Shown here: piece by piece, positions 16,635 to 26,137 of the stretch
Layout: the number at the start of each line of letters is the position of its first letter
Position numbering within the stretch: the first letter of the stretch is position 1
Origin: Candidatus Limnocylindria bacterium
Lineage (GTDB): Bacteria > Chloroflexota > Limnocylindria > QHBO01
NCBI GenBank assembly: GCA_036258735.1
Contig: DATADC010000073.1
Span: 6,694 to 70,693 of the forward strand
Reading direction: 5' to 3'
Length of the DNA stretch: 64,000 bases
The notes under the pieces: generated by a model
What the model was told of the DNA's origin: nothing
The model's input: the letters and a program-made list of their open reading frames with translations, nothing else
Database searches by the model: none
Program-made: the position numbers and the translations under genes

Positions 16635-18761
16635 TTAGGCGCCGTCGCGCCGCTGCTGTTCACGCTGCTGCTCGAGAGGAACCACGTTGTCGGGGTACTT
16701 GATGCGGCTGTGGTACATCCCCAGCAGCTGCTGGACGAAGGCTTCCTTGATCTGGGCGATGTTCTTCAGCGTCAGGTCGGCGTCGTCCAGCTGCCCGTCG
16801 TCCAGGCGCGCGTCGACGATGCGGTCGACCATGGCCCTGATGCTGCGCTCGTCCTTGTCGTCGAGCGAGCGGACGGAAGCCTCCACGCCGTCGGCCAGCA
16901 TCAGGATGGCCGCTTCCCGGCTCTGCGGCTTGGGGCCCGGGTAGCGGAAGCCGTCCCGGTTGACAACCTCGGCGTTGCCGCCGACCTCGCGCAGGGCCTT
17001 GCCGTAGAAGTAGCTCATCACGCTCGTGCCGTGGTGCTGGGGGATGAAGCCGATGATTTGCACCGGCAGCCCGTGCTCGTAGCCGAGGTCGATGCCATCG
17101 CGGATGTGGCTGGCGATGATGCGAGCGCTGACCTCGGCGGTCAGGTCGTCGTGGATGTTGCGCGCACCGGCCTGGTTCTCGATGAAGGCCAGCGGGTTCT
17201 TCATCTTGCCGATGTCGTGGTAGTAGGCCGCCACGCGCGCCAGCAACGGGTCGGCGCCGATGGTCTCCGCCGCACGCTCGGCGAGGTTCCCGACCATCAC
17301 GCTGTGGTGGTAGGTGCCCGGCGTTTCGAGCAGGAGCCGGCGCAGCAGCCGTGACGACGGGTTCGCCAGCTCGAGCAGCTGGAACACGGTCATGATCCCG
17401 AACAGGTTGCCGATGACGGCGAATGACCCGACGGCCAGTACCACAGACAGCCCCGCGTTCACTGATCCGGCGGCCGCCCCCTGGAGCATGGCGGCCACGT
17501 CGCGCTGCTCGAGCAGGCCAAACGCGAGCACGACGGCCACGTTGGTGGCTGCCAGCACGAACCCGGTCCGCACGAACGCGTTCAGACGCTCGGCGCCCAC
17601 GATCGAGGTCAGGGCCGCGATGCCGCCGGCGAGGGTGTACACGGCCGGCGTCACGGTGTCCTGGTTCATGACGCCCGCCAGGACGGCGAGTGTGACCGCC
17701 ATGGCGGCCCCCGCGGCGCCATCCAGCAGGATGGCCGTCAGCAGCACCGTCGCGGCGCTGGGGACGACGTAGGCCCACAGCGTCCGGTCGGCAGAGATCC
17801 GCATGGCGACCGCCGTGACGAGCAGTGACAGCATGAATAGCAGCAACGAGCGGTTGCGGAACCAGATGTTGGGCTCGAAGCGCCACAGGAACCCGATGAG
17901 CAGGGCGGACACGAGCACCGCGACCAGGGCGTTGCCGGTGAGGGTCGAAGTCTCCAGCCGCGCGCCGGTCAGCCCCAGCTGCTGGAGCTCCTCGACGTCC
18001 AGCTCGGTGATCGGCACGCCGGCCTCGACGACGTTCTGGTTCGGGCGGATCTGGACGACCACCTGCCCGACCCGGTCACGCGCCTCATCCCGCGCAGCCT
18101 CGGTCTCCTCCGCGGAGAACTGCTCGTTGGGAACCAGCAGCTGTGCCGCGATGTCGGCCGCCAGCTGGCGCTGCTCCGGCGCCAGCTCGTGCGTGACGTT
18201 CTCGCGCAGCTCCTCGCGAGCCTGCTCCAGCGCGTCCTCGCGCACGGCGCCGGAGAGCGCGTCCTCCAGGACGACGCGGCCACCCTCGGCGACCTGCTGC
18301 CAGGTGGTGAGCGGCATGGTCCGCAGCGTCGCTCGGTTGGCCTCGCTCAAGATCGCCACGCGGGCGAGCGCCGCCGGTACCTCATCGGCCGGGATCGCGC
18401 CCTCGTCACGCTGGCGCAGCACGTCGGTGATGATCGCCACGGTGGCGTCGTAGTCGCGCAGCTGCTCCTCGCGGATGTCGGCGCGCGGCGCGATGTCGAC
18501 GTACACCGGCGGCACGTCGTCCGCCGCAGCCTCCCTGGCCTTCTCCGTCTCGGACGGCGAGACGAACGTCACGCTCCGAGGCGCGCGGATGTCCGCCGGT
18601 GGAACGTCGCCCACCTGGAGGTCGACCTGGCCCGCCGCGAAGCTGACCGAGGCAATGGCCCACAGCGCCAGGGCCAGCAGGCCGCCCACGCCCAGCGCGC
18701 GCACCCACGGGCCGCGGCCGCGTCCCAGCTCCGTCTCGGCCAGCGTGCGCGGGATGAACAC
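16635..18761 (-). CDS. pgpH: 7TM-receptor/HD-domain phosphohydrolase (PgpH/YqfF family)
   Basis: 708 aa: signal/TM, a large extracytoplasmic domain, 7 TM helices and a C-terminal HD domain (HSVMVGNLAERAAE...YYHDIGKMKNP...). Conserved neighbour of ybeY. Confidence 0.88.
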   Translation of the reverse strand: MFIPRTLAETELGRGRGPWVRALGVGGLLALALWAIASVSFAAGQVDLQVGDVPPADIRAPRSVTFVSPSETEKAREAAADDVPPVYVDIAPRADIREEQLRDYDATVAIITDVLRQRDEGAIPADEVPAALARVAILSEANRATLRTMPLTTWQQVAEGGRVVLEDALSGAVREDALEQAREELRENVTHELAPEQRQLAADIAAQLLVPNEQFSAEETEAARDEARDRVGQVVVQIRPNQNVVEAGVPITELDVEELQQLGLTGARLETSTLTGNALVAVLVSALLIGFLWRFEPNIWFRNRSLLLFMLSLLVTAVAMRISADRTLWAYVVPSAATVLLTAILLDGAAGAAMAVTLAVLAGVMNQDTVTPAVYTLAGGIAALTSIVGAERLNAFVRTGFVLAATNVAVVLAFGLLEQRDVAAMLQGAAAGSVNAGLSVVLAVGSFAVIGNLFGIMTVFQLLELANPSSRLLRRLLLETPGTYHHSVMVGNLAERAAETIGADPLLARVAAYYHDIGKMKNPLAFIENQAGARNIHDDLTAEVSARIIASHIRDGIDLGYEHGLPVQIIGFIPQHHGTSVMSYFYGKALREVGGNAEVVNRDGFRYPGPKPQSREAAILMLADGVEASVRSLDDKDERSIRAMVDRIVDARLDDGQLDDADLTLKNIAQIKEAFVQQLLGMYHSRIKYPDNVVPLEQQREQQRRDGA

Positions 18762-18762
18762 C

Positions 18763-19212
18763 TCAGCCGCTCCCCAGCCGACGCCGGACCAGCTCGGAGA
18801 CGATTCGCCCGTCCGCCCGGCCCCTGGTGCGTGGCATGAGCGCGCCCATGACCCTGCCCATGTCCGCCGGCCCGCTCGCGCCGGTCTCGGCCACGGCCTG
18901 GTCGACCATGGCCGTCAGCTCGTCCTCGGGGAGCTGTGCCGGCAGGAACTCGGACAGGATGGCCGCCTCGGCCTCCTCGTCGACCGCCCGCTCCTCGCGG
19001 CCGCCGGCCCGGAACTGCTCGACCGACTCGCGGCGCTGCTTCAGTTGACGACCCAGCACCTCGACCACTTCCTGATCACTCAGCGGCCGACCCAGCTCGA
19101 TCTCCCGGTTGTGGGCAGCCGCCATGGCCATCCGTAGGGTCGAGGTGCGCCGCTCGTCGCGCGCGCGCATGGCGTCGCGCATGGCGGACTCGATCCGCGT
19201 CTGGAGGGTCAT
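18763..19212 (-). CDS. yqeY: GatB/YqeY domain-containing protein
   Basis: 149 aa; MRARDERRTSTLRMAMAAAHNREIE...EELTAMVDQAVAETGASGPADMGRVMGALM matches the YqeY family. Conserved rpsU-yqeY pair. Confidence 0.85.
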   Translation of the reverse strand: MTLQTRIESAMRDAMRARDERRTSTLRMAMAAAHNREIELGRPLSDQEVVEVLGRQLKQRRESVEQFRAGGREERAVDEEAEAAILSEFLPAQLPEDELTAMVDQAVAETGASGPADMGRVMGALMPRTRGRADGRIVSELVRRRLGSG

Positions 19213-19297
19213 CGGTTCAGGGACGGTGCGGGCGTCATGGGTCTTGGTCTGGACGGATCGACCGGGCCCGCGGTTTGCGGAGTGAGCGTCTGGCGGC

Positions 19298-19474
19298 CTA
19301 CGCGCGGGTAGCCTTTCGCTTCTTGGCTTCCTTGCGCTTGCGCTTCACGCTGGGCTTCTCGTAGTGCTCGCGGCGCCGCGCCTCAGCCAGGATTCCCGAC
19401 TGCTGGATCTTCTTGTTGAAGCGGCGCAGCGCGCTCTCGAACGTCTCGTTCTCGCCCACGCGGACCTCTGCCAA
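19298..19474 (-). CDS. rpsU: 30S ribosomal protein S21
   Basis: Manual translation from TTG 19472-19474: (M)[67 protein letters not shown] lies 8 nt upstream. Below the 60-aa cutoff of the ORF track. Confidence 0.9.
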   Translation of the reverse strand: MAEVRVGENETFESALRRFNKKIQQSGILAEARRREHYEKPSVKRKRKEAKKRKATRA

Positions 19475-19566
19475 ACGTCTCGCCTCCTCTCTGCTTCGTC
19501 ATGGCGCCATGAGCGCATGCGCAGGCGGAAGCCTGTCGCACGCCTGCCCGGCGCACAAGCCCGCGG

Positions 19567-19595
19567 AGTCTAGCAGCGGGGGTGGAGGGGGTCAA
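19567..19595 (-). promoter_or_regulatory. sigma-70-type promoter for rpsU (TTGACC-N17-TAGACT)
   Basis: Minus strand reads TTGACCccctccacccccgctgcTAGACT. The -35 is at 19590-19595 and the -10 at 19567-19572, giving an ~85-nt leader before the rpsU TTG. Confidence 0.5.
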
Positions 19596-19604
19596 CGCGA
19601 CCCA

Positions 19605-19955
19605 TCACCCCGGTGGCCACGTCAGGCTGCGGCCGCCGAGCAGATGGAAGTGGAGGTGGAACACGCTCTGCCCCGCCTCGGGCCCAACATTGGTGACGAT
19701 CCGATATCCGCGTAGGCCCTCCTGCTCGGCGACACGACGCAGCGCCGAGAAGAGGGCGGCCAACAGGTCGCCATCGTCGTCGCCGAGCTCGGCTGCGGAG
19801 GCCACGTGCCGCTTGGGCACGGCCAGGACATGCGTCGGCGCGCGCGGGTTGATGTCGCGGAAGACGAGGACTCGTTCGTCCATGAGCACCGTCTCGGACG
19901 GCACCTCGCCGTCCACGATCCGGCAGAAGAGGCAGTTCGGATCGCGCTCGTCCAT
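19605..19955 (-). CDS. HIT family (histidine triad) nucleotide hydrolase
   Basis: CLFCRIV...THVLAVPKRHV...VFHLHFHLLGG contains the HxHxHxx triad motif. Confidence 0.88.
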   Translation of the reverse strand: MDERDPNCLFCRIVDGEVPSETVLMDERVLVFRDINPRAPTHVLAVPKRHVASAAELGDDDGDLLAALFSALRRVAEQEGLRGYRIVTNVGPEAGQSVFHLHFHLLGGRSLTWPPG

Positions 19956-19964
19956 GGCCGCAGC

Positions 19965-20654
19965 CTAGGCGAAGTCGCCCGTGCGCGACAAGACGACCGC
20001 GGCGGCGGCCACGGCAACCGTCTCTGACCGCAGGATGCGGCTCCCGAGCGACGCGGTGACCGTGCCGGCGCTCACCGCAACGTGCACTTCATCCTCGGAG
20101 AAACCACCCTCGGGGCCGATGATGACGCCCGGCGGCGACGGGATTTCGGACAGCCGCGGCGCGCTGGCGCGCTCCAGCAGCAGGACCGAACCGCTGCCGA
20201 TCGCGTCCGCGAGGCGGACCGGCTCGTGGACTGGCGGGACCATTCCCCGTTCGGACTGCTCCGCAGCCTCGCGGGCCAGGCCGCGCAGCCGCTCGAGGCG
20301 CCGCGGCGACAGGTCCCGGACCACGCACCGCTCGCTGACGAACAGCCGGAACTCGGCAACGCCAACCTCGGTCGCGTGGCGCACCACAGGCTCCAGGTGA
20401 TCGCCACGCAGCAGCGCCTGCCAGACGGTGAGCCGGTGACCAGGCTCGCCGCCCGCCGGGCCGCGCTCCTCGACCACGCATTCGTCGCCCTCGAGCCGGC
20501 ACATGGCGGCCTGGCCGCGACCGTCCAGCAGCACGAACCGGTCGCCCGACCGCATGCGCAGGACGCGCAGCACCTGGTGCCCGATCTCATCGGGCAGCGC
20601 AAACCGAGGGCCGGCCATCTCATCGGGCCGCACGAAGAAGCGGTGCAGCGTCAC
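19965..20654 (-). CDS. rsmE: 16S rRNA (uracil1498-N3)-methyltransferase
   Basis: VTLHRFFV...GHQVLRVLRMRSGDRFVLLDGRG...VIIGPEGGFSEDE is the RsmE/YggJ signature. Start taken at GTG 20652-20654 (GTGA overlap with the prmA stop); the GTG at 20681 is an alternative, and intervening codons have poor GC3. Confidence 0.88.
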   Translation of the reverse strand: MTLHRFFVRPDEMAGPRFALPDEIGHQVLRVLRMRSGDRFVLLDGRGQAAMCRLEGDECVVEERGPAGGEPGHRLTVWQALLRGDHLEPVVRHATEVGVAEFRLFVSERCVVRDLSPRRLERLRGLAREAAEQSERGMVPPVHEPVRLADAIGSGSVLLLERASAPRLSEIPSPPGVIIGPEGGFSEDEVHVAVSAGTVTASLGSRILRSETVAVAAAAVVLSRTGDFA

Positions 20655-21556
20655 GTTCGGACCAGCTTCAACGCGGTCCACTCGCCGTCGTCGAGGCGCT
20701 GGTCGAGGCGAAAGCCGGCTTGGCGCATCGCGGCCAGCACCTCGTCACCACGGCCAGCGATGGCGCCGCCTGCCACCAGCGTGCCGCCCGCGGCCGCGTG
20801 GGCGGCGAGCCGCGGCGCGAGCTGCACCAGCACGCTCGCCACGAGGTTCGCCAGGACCAGCCCGTAGGGCTCAGCGGCCCGCTCGGGCAGGGAGCCATGC
20901 GTCGCGTGCACCCGATCGGCCAGCCCGTTGGCGACGGCGTTGGCGCGCGTCACCTCGACGGCGACCGGATCGGTGTCCAGGCATTCGACGCGCTCAGCAC
21001 CCAGCCGGGCCGCGGCCAGGGCGAGAATGCCGGAGCCGGAGCCGACATCCAGGACGTGCGGGGGCATCGGGCCAAGGCCCTGGAGGAGGGCCAGGCAGGC
21101 GCGGGTGGTCGGGTGCAGGCCGGTTCCGAACGCCATCCCGGGATCGAGGCGCACCGCGACCTCGTCGTGGCCGATGGGCTCGTCGAGCCATGTCGGCACG
21201 ATCACGACCCGCCCGATCCGCTGAGCGACGTAGCCATCCTTCCAGCGCGCGAGCCAGTCGGTGTCGTCCACGCTCCGCACGCGCAGGTCGCCGACGGGGC
21301 GCAGCCCGAACGCCTGCACGTGCCACAGCGCGCGCTCCGTGGCTTCCACCGCGCGAGGGGCATCGGCGTCGTCGGGGATGTGCGCGGTCACCTCGTACGG
21401 CGCGGTCGCATCCTCGCGGACGGAGAGCTCGTCACCGGGATCAGGGACCAGCCGCGTTGGCCGCACCGCGGTGCCGGATGCCACCCGCCCGAGGATCTCG
21501 CTCACGGCCTCCACCGCCTCGGCGTCTGCTTCGACGGTCAGCTCCAGCCAGCGCAC
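20651..21556 (-). CDS. prmA: ribosomal protein L11 methyltransferase
   Basis: AFGTGLHPTTRACLALL...VLDVGSGSGILALAAARLGA is the PrmA SAM-MTase motif. Confidence 0.9.
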   Translation of the reverse strand: MRWLELTVEADAEAVEAVSEILGRVASGTAVRPTRLVPDPGDELSVREDATAPYEVTAHIPDDADAPRAVEATERALWHVQAFGLRPVGDLRVRSVDDTDWLARWKDGYVAQRIGRVVIVPTWLDEPIGHDEVAVRLDPGMAFGTGLHPTTRACLALLQGLGPMPPHVLDVGSGSGILALAAARLGAERVECLDTDPVAVEVTRANAVANGLADRVHATHGSLPERAAEPYGLVLANLVASVLVQLAPRLAAHAAAGGTLVAGGAIAGRGDEVLAAMRQAGFRLDQRLDDGEWTALKLVRT

Positions 21557-21574
21557 GGCGAGCCCACGCCGCGC

Positions 21575-22705
21575 CTAGGCGAAGATGTCGCGCAGCCGGT
21601 CGAACAGTCCGTCCCCGCGCTTGGGCAGCTCCGCCGGCCCGCTGACCGCGTCGAGCTGCTTGAGCAGGTCGCGCTCCTTTTTCGACAGCCTGGCGGGGAC
21701 CACCAGGGTGGCGATGACGTGGAGGTCACCGCGACCACTGCCCCGCAGGCGTGGCACGCCCTCGCCGCGCAGCTTGAACTCGGCGCCCGATTGCGTGCCG
21801 GGCGGGATCTCCAGGTCCTGCTGGCCGTCGACGGTTGGGACCGTCACGCGAGCGCCCAGTGCGGCCTGAGCGAAGGTCATTGGCAGCTCGTAGTACAGCT
21901 CGGTCCCGCGACGAACCAGCTCCGCGTGCTCCTTGACCGTGACCGACACATACAGGTCGCCGGGCGGCCCGCCCCGCGGCCCCGCCTCGCCCTGGCCCTC
22001 GATCGCGATGCGCTGCCCGCTGTCGATCCCCGGCGGGATCGTGACCTCCAGGCGTCGCTCCTGGCGAACGCGGCCCTCGCCGTTGCAGTTGCTACAGGCA
22101 GTGGCGATGATGCGGCCCTCGCCGTTGCAGCGCGGGCAGGCGGTGATGTTCACCATCTGACCCAGGATCGTCTGGCTCACGCGGCGACGCTCGCCGGTGC
22201 CATTGCATTCCGGGCACGTCTGCGGCTCGCTGCCCGGTTCGCCGCCGCTGCCGCCGCAGAGCTCGCAGGCCACGAGCGTCGGGAAGCGGATCTCACGCGT
22301 GACGCCGGTGATCGCCTCCTCGAACTCGATGGTCATTTCGTAGCGCAGGTCGGCCCCTGCCACGACCCGCCGCCGCTGGCGCGTTCCAGCCGGTGACCCG
22401 CCGAAGAAGGCGTCGAAGATGTCGCCGAACGGTCCAAAGCCGCCCCCGAAGCCCTCGAAGCCGCCTCCGGTGCTGGCGCCGTCGACGCCGGCATGGCCGA
22501 ACATGTCGTACGCGGTCCGCCGCTGCCGGTCGCCGAGCACCCGATACGCCTCGTTCAGCTCCTTGAAGCGCTCTTCGGCGCCGTGGCTGGTGTCCACGTC
22601 GGGGTGATGGCGCTGGGCGGCCCGGCGGAAGGCGCGCTTGATCTCCTCGTCGGAGGCATCGCGCGGGACGCCGAGCACCTCGTAGTAGTCGCGCTTGATC
22701 GCCAT
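21575..22705 (-). CDS. dnaJ: molecular chaperone DnaJ
   Basis: MAIKRDYYEVLGVPRDASDEEIKRAFRR...HPD J-domain, a G/F region and four CxxCxGxG zinc-finger repeats. Start at ATG 22703-22705, since the upstream 55 aa of the track ORF are not DnaJ. Confidence 0.95.
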   Translation of the reverse strand: MAIKRDYYEVLGVPRDASDEEIKRAFRRAAQRHHPDVDTSHGAEERFKELNEAYRVLGDRQRRTAYDMFGHAGVDGASTGGGFEGFGGGFGPFGDIFDAFFGGSPAGTRQRRRVVAGADLRYEMTIEFEEAITGVTREIRFPTLVACELCGGSGGEPGSEPQTCPECNGTGERRRVSQTILGQMVNITACPRCNGEGRIIATACSNCNGEGRVRQERRLEVTIPPGIDSGQRIAIEGQGEAGPRGGPPGDLYVSVTVKEHAELVRRGTELYYELPMTFAQAALGARVTVPTVDGQQDLEIPPGTQSGAEFKLRGEGVPRLRGSGRGDLHVIATLVVPARLSKKERDLLKQLDAVSGPAELPKRGDGLFDRLRDIFA

Positions 22706-22724
22706 CGCGGCGGGATTATACAAA

Positions 22725-22751
22725 TTGGCACTCTCCGATTGAGAGTGCCAG
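22725..22751. promoter_or_regulatory. CIRCE-like inverted repeat (HrcA operator) upstream of dnaJ
   Basis: TTGGCACTC-tccgattga-GAGTGCCAG, a 9-N9-9 inverted repeat matching CIRCE TTAGCACTC-N9-GAGTGCTAA at 15/18 positions. It sits 20 nt upstream of the dnaJ start. Confidence 0.6.
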
Positions 22752-22764
22752 GCTGCCCCTCGGC

Positions 22765-23514
22765 TCAGGAGGCGGGACCGTCTGGGGCCGTGGACTCGCC
22801 CTGCCGCGGAAGCGCCTCGGCGAGACGCCCCATGACCAGGCCGGCCATTCGTTGCGACCGGTATCCCCACCAGTACAGCACCAGGAAGCTGGCGATGAAC
22901 ACGACGACTCCCAAGCCCGCGGCGGGCGCCATGGCTGTCTGGAGGGCGATCGTCGCCACGGCGGCCAGGACGGCGGCGAGCATGGCATTCACGAAGGCGA
23001 TGGTGCCGGGGGTCGTGATCAGCCCGTGGAGGAGGCCGCCGCCCGTCTCGACCACGGCGCCGTAGGTTCGCAGCATCCCGCTGCGGTCCTCGGTCACGCC
23101 GGTAACAAAATGGCGCTCCAGGTCAGGCGCCAGCTCGAGATAGGCCCGGCGCAATCGGTTCATGCCCGCCACCCAGACGAGGTCCTCGTTGTTGACCTCC
23201 AGCAGCCGGGCGTAGGTAGCCAGGCCCACCACCAGCAGTACGGGAAGCAGCAGCAGGGCGAACACCACGAAGCCTTCACCGAAGGAGGTCGCCTGCGCGA
23301 CCAGCGCCAGCGCCACGATGGCGCCGGACAACAGCGTCAGGAACATCCCCGCCCGCGCGAAGGACTCGTTCCACGACAGCGAGCGCGTCGCCAGCAGGCT
23401 CCAGTGCTCGGTCGCCAGCAGCTGCGCACGCAGGGCCCGATCCGCGGCCGCGGATCCAGCCGCGGGAGCAGACGCGGTCGCGGCCGGCATCTCCGGCATG
23501 CGCTCGGTGACCAT
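22765..23514 (-). CDS. hypothetical integral membrane protein (4 TM)
   Basis: 249 aa from ATG 23512-23514; hydrophobic helices (FLTLLSGAIVALALVAQAT, VVFALLLLPVLLVVGLATYA, LAAVLAAVATIALQTAMAP, LGVVVFIASFLVLYWWGY). The longer track ORF runs antisense into the AlkZ-like gene. Confidence 0.5.
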   Translation of the reverse strand: MVTERMPEMPAATASAPAAGSAAADRALRAQLLATEHWSLLATRSLSWNESFARAGMFLTLLSGAIVALALVAQATSFGEGFVVFALLLLPVLLVVGLATYARLLEVNNEDLVWVAGMNRLRRAYLELAPDLERHFVTGVTEDRSGMLRTYGAVVETGGGLLHGLITTPGTIAFVNAMLAAVLAAVATIALQTAMAPAAGLGVVVFIASFLVLYWWGYRSQRMAGLVMGRLAEALPRQGESTAPDGPAS

Positions 23515-23556
23515 GCTGGCCCGATTGTAGGGGCGGTCGGCTAGCATCCGGCCGCC

Positions 23557-24795
23557 ATGAACGAGCCGCTCCGGATCACCGCGGACCACGCCCGACGCTA
23601 CCTGGTGACGCGCCACGGTCTGGCGCCGCCTCGCAGCCTCCCGGCGGAGCCGGAATCGGTCCTGCGGGTGGTCGATCGGCTTGGGAGCCTCCAGTTCGAC
23701 CCGCTGGAGGTGCCGGGTGCGCGCAATCACGACCTGGTGCTTCATGCGCGGGTCGCAGGCTACCGACGCGAATGGCTGGACGCCTGGCTGTATGGCGCCG
23801 ACCGCCGCCTGATCGAGGTCTACAACAAGAGCCTCAACATCCTGCCCATTGGCGAGCTGCCGCACTACCGCCTGGCGTGGGAGCGCGCGCAGAGTTACTA
23901 CAGCGATCGGATCCTGCGCGAGCAGGCGGCCGTGGTCGACGCCATCCTCGGGCGCATCCGTGCGGAGGGACCGCTCTCCACCGCCGCCTTCCGCGACCAC
24001 GACCAGGCCATCGACTGGTGGTGGGCGCCAACGCGGGCTGCACGGGCAGTGATGGAGGCGCTGTTCGTGACCGGCCGCCTGGGCATCGCGCGACGCGATG
24101 GCAACCGCCGCTACTACGACCTGATGGAGCGGCTCGTCCCCGCCAAGCTCCTGGACCGGCGCGAGCCGGAGGAGGACGCCATGCGCCACCGGCTGTGGAG
24201 CCGGTATCGCGCCATCGGCCTCATGGCCTCGCCCGGCCCAGCCGACGTCGTGTACGGCACGGGGCCGGCGACCGACCGCCGCCGACGCACGGCCGAGCTG
24301 GTCGAGGCCGGCGCGCTCCTACCTGTCGAGGTCGAGGGGCTCAAGGGGACGCGCTACGCGCCCGCCGACGAGCGTCACATGCTCCAAGACGCCGAGAGCG
24401 AAGTGCTCGATCCGGCCGTGACGTTTCTGGCGCCGCTGGACCCGTTCGTCTGGGACCGCGGCCTGCTGCGCGACCTGTTCGGCTTCGACTACGTGTGGGA
24501 GGTCTACGTCCCGGCGGCGAAGCGACGCTGGGGCTACTACGTGCTGCCGATCCTGTTCGGTGAGCGCCTGGTGGGACGCATCGAGCCACGCCTGGAGCGA
24601 GCAAGCGGCACGCTTCGAATACTCGGGATCTGGTTCGAGGACGGCTTCAGACCGATGGAGGAGCCGCACTTCGTCCCCGCCCTGTCCGCGGCGCTGCGCG
24701 ACTACACCTCGTTCGTGGGAGCGAGATCCGTCACCTGGCCGCGCACTCGCATCGGGCGGGCCGTCGCCGGAGCGCTGAGCGCGGTCGAGACGTGA
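23557..24795 (+). CDS. winged-helix DNA-binding protein, YcaQ/AlkZ-like (DUF1006) putative DNA glycosylase
   Basis: 412 aa; N-terminal ITADHARRYLVTRHGL...VVDRLGSLQFDPLEVPGARNHDLVLHARV...YRREW followed by C-terminal ...YYVLPIL. This architecture matches the HTH_42/YcaQ family that includes the interstrand-crosslink glycosylase AlkZ. Confidence 0.75.
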   Translation: MNEPLRITADHARRYLVTRHGLAPPRSLPAEPESVLRVVDRLGSLQFDPLEVPGARNHDLVLHARVAGYRREWLDAWLYGADRRLIEVYNKSLNILPIGELPHYRLAWERAQSYYSDRILREQAAVVDAILGRIRAEGPLSTAAFRDHDQAIDWWWAPTRAARAVMEALFVTGRLGIARRDGNRRYYDLMERLVPAKLLDRREPEEDAMRHRLWSRYRAIGLMASPGPADVVYGTGPATDRRRRTAELVEAGALLPVEVEGLKGTRYAPADERHMLQDAESEVLDPAVTFLAPLDPFVWDRGLLRDLFGFDYVWEVYVPAAKRRWGYYVLPILFGERLVGRIEPRLERASGTLRILGIWFEDGFRPMEEPHFVPALSAALRDYTSFVGARSVTWPRTRIGRAVAGALSAVET

Positions 24796-24827
24796 CCGCG
24801 CCGCAAGCTCGTCGAGGTCCTCGCCAC

Positions 24828-25271
24828 TCAGTTATCGGCGTAGCCCTGCTCCCAGGTCCGGTCAGGATCGTGGTTGCGAAGGTCGATGCCGTGGTCGACC
24901 GCCGCCTTGAGCGCCATGAGCACCGAGACCCAGCCGGCGTGCGTCTCGGCCCAATCCTCGGGGGGCACGCCTTCGTCGGTGAGCGTGAGATCGGTGCCGC
25001 CGCTGCCGTCATCGGCCAGCTCAAAGGTGGCGATGCTTCTGGCGAAGTACTCGACCGTGAAGAGGGCCGGCGCCTCGCTGGCGAGCACGCGCGTTCGCGC
25101 CTCCATGGCCCCCGGCCAGCGCCAATAAATCCACCCGTCGCGCTCGTCGGCGGACTCGGCCCAGAAGCGGGCGCGGCCTTCGTCGGTGCTGAGCATCCCG
25201 TGCACGGCCGCTGGCGACGAGGCGAGGTGCAGCCTCCAGCGAATGGGTGGCTGCTCGCGGCCGCCACTCAT
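24828..25271 (-). CDS. SRPBCC (AHSA1/polyketide-cyclase-like) domain protein
   Basis: 147 aa; WRLHLASSPAAVHGMLSTDEGRARFWAE...TRVLASEAPALFTVEY...THAGWVSVLMALKAAVDHG matches the Aha1/START-like fold. Confidence 0.7.
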   Translation of the reverse strand: MSGGREQPPIRWRLHLASSPAAVHGMLSTDEGRARFWAESADERDGWIYWRWPGAMEARTRVLASEAPALFTVEYFARSIATFELADDGSGGTDLTLTDEGVPPEDWAETHAGWVSVLMALKAAVDHGIDLRNHDPDRTWEQGYADN

Positions 25272-26053
25272 TCGGAGAACTCGACCACGATCGGCGCATG
25301 GTCCGACGGGATGCCCGGATAGGTCGACGGCTTGCGTGCGTCACGGTCCCGCTCCGCCGCCACCGCCCGCGCGGCCAGCTTGGGCGAGACGTACACGTGG
25401 TCGATGCGCATCCCGAAGTTCTTGTGGAAGTGGCCCGCGCGGTAGTCCCACCAGGTGAAGTACCCTGGCTCGGGATGGAAGTGACGGACCACGTCCACCA
25501 TCCCCCACTCCCGCAGCTTGGCGACCGCTTCTCGCTCGCGCGGCGAGACGTGCGTGGCGCCGTGCGCCGCGGCCGGATCCCACACGTCGATGTCCTCGGG
25601 AGCCACGTTGAAGTCGCCGCAGATCGCAAGCTCGGTCTCGGGATCGGTGTCGTCCAGCCAGCTGGCCAGCCGCGCCAGCCACTCGAGCTTCTGGAGATAG
25701 AAGTCGGAATCGACCATCCTGCCGTTCGGCACGTAGATGGTCGCCACCCGCATCGGTCCACAGCTGGCCGCCAGGAATCGCCCGCCGTCATCGGTCCAGC
25801 CGTCCGCAGTCGGGATGCCGGTGACGATCTCCTCGAGACCGATGCGCGACGCGATGGCCACGCCGTTCCACCGGCCCGGCCCATGGTGCACGAGCTCGTA
25901 GCCGAGCGCCCGGAAGTCCATCATCGGCGCCTGGTCGTCGGAGACCTTCGTCTCCTGCATGCACAGCACGTCCGGCTGCTTCGCCTCGGTCCAGGCCAGC
26001 ACGCGATCCAGGCGGGCCTTCAGCGAGTTGACGTTCCAGGTCGCCAGGCGCAT
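25268..26053 (-). CDS. xthA: exodeoxyribonuclease III
   Basis: MRLATWNVNSLKARLDRVLAW...DVLCMQETK...GDFNVAPEDIDVWD...SDHAPIVVEF is the EEP/Xth signature. ATGA overlap with the downstream SRPBCC gene. Confidence 0.92.
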   Translation of the reverse strand: MRLATWNVNSLKARLDRVLAWTEAKQPDVLCMQETKVSDDQAPMMDFRALGYELVHHGPGRWNGVAIASRIGLEEIVTGIPTADGWTDDGGRFLAASCGPMRVATIYVPNGRMVDSDFYLQKLEWLARLASWLDDTDPETELAICGDFNVAPEDIDVWDPAAAHGATHVSPREREAVAKLREWGMVDVVRHFHPEPGYFTWWDYRAGHFHKNFGMRIDHVYVSPKLAARAVAAERDRDARKPSTYPGIPSDHAPIVVEFSE

Positions 26054-26137
26054 GAGCTTCGAGTCTAGACCGATGCACCCGGCCCATATACTCGGTGCCA
26101 GCCGGCTCCCGATGCCGGCAATGGAGGAGGTGAGGAG

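Noticed and set aside
16660-17886. 408-aa ORF overlapping pgpH in a different frame
   Set aside because: Arg/Gly/Pro-rich composition. The pgpH frame carries the HD motif and TM helices.
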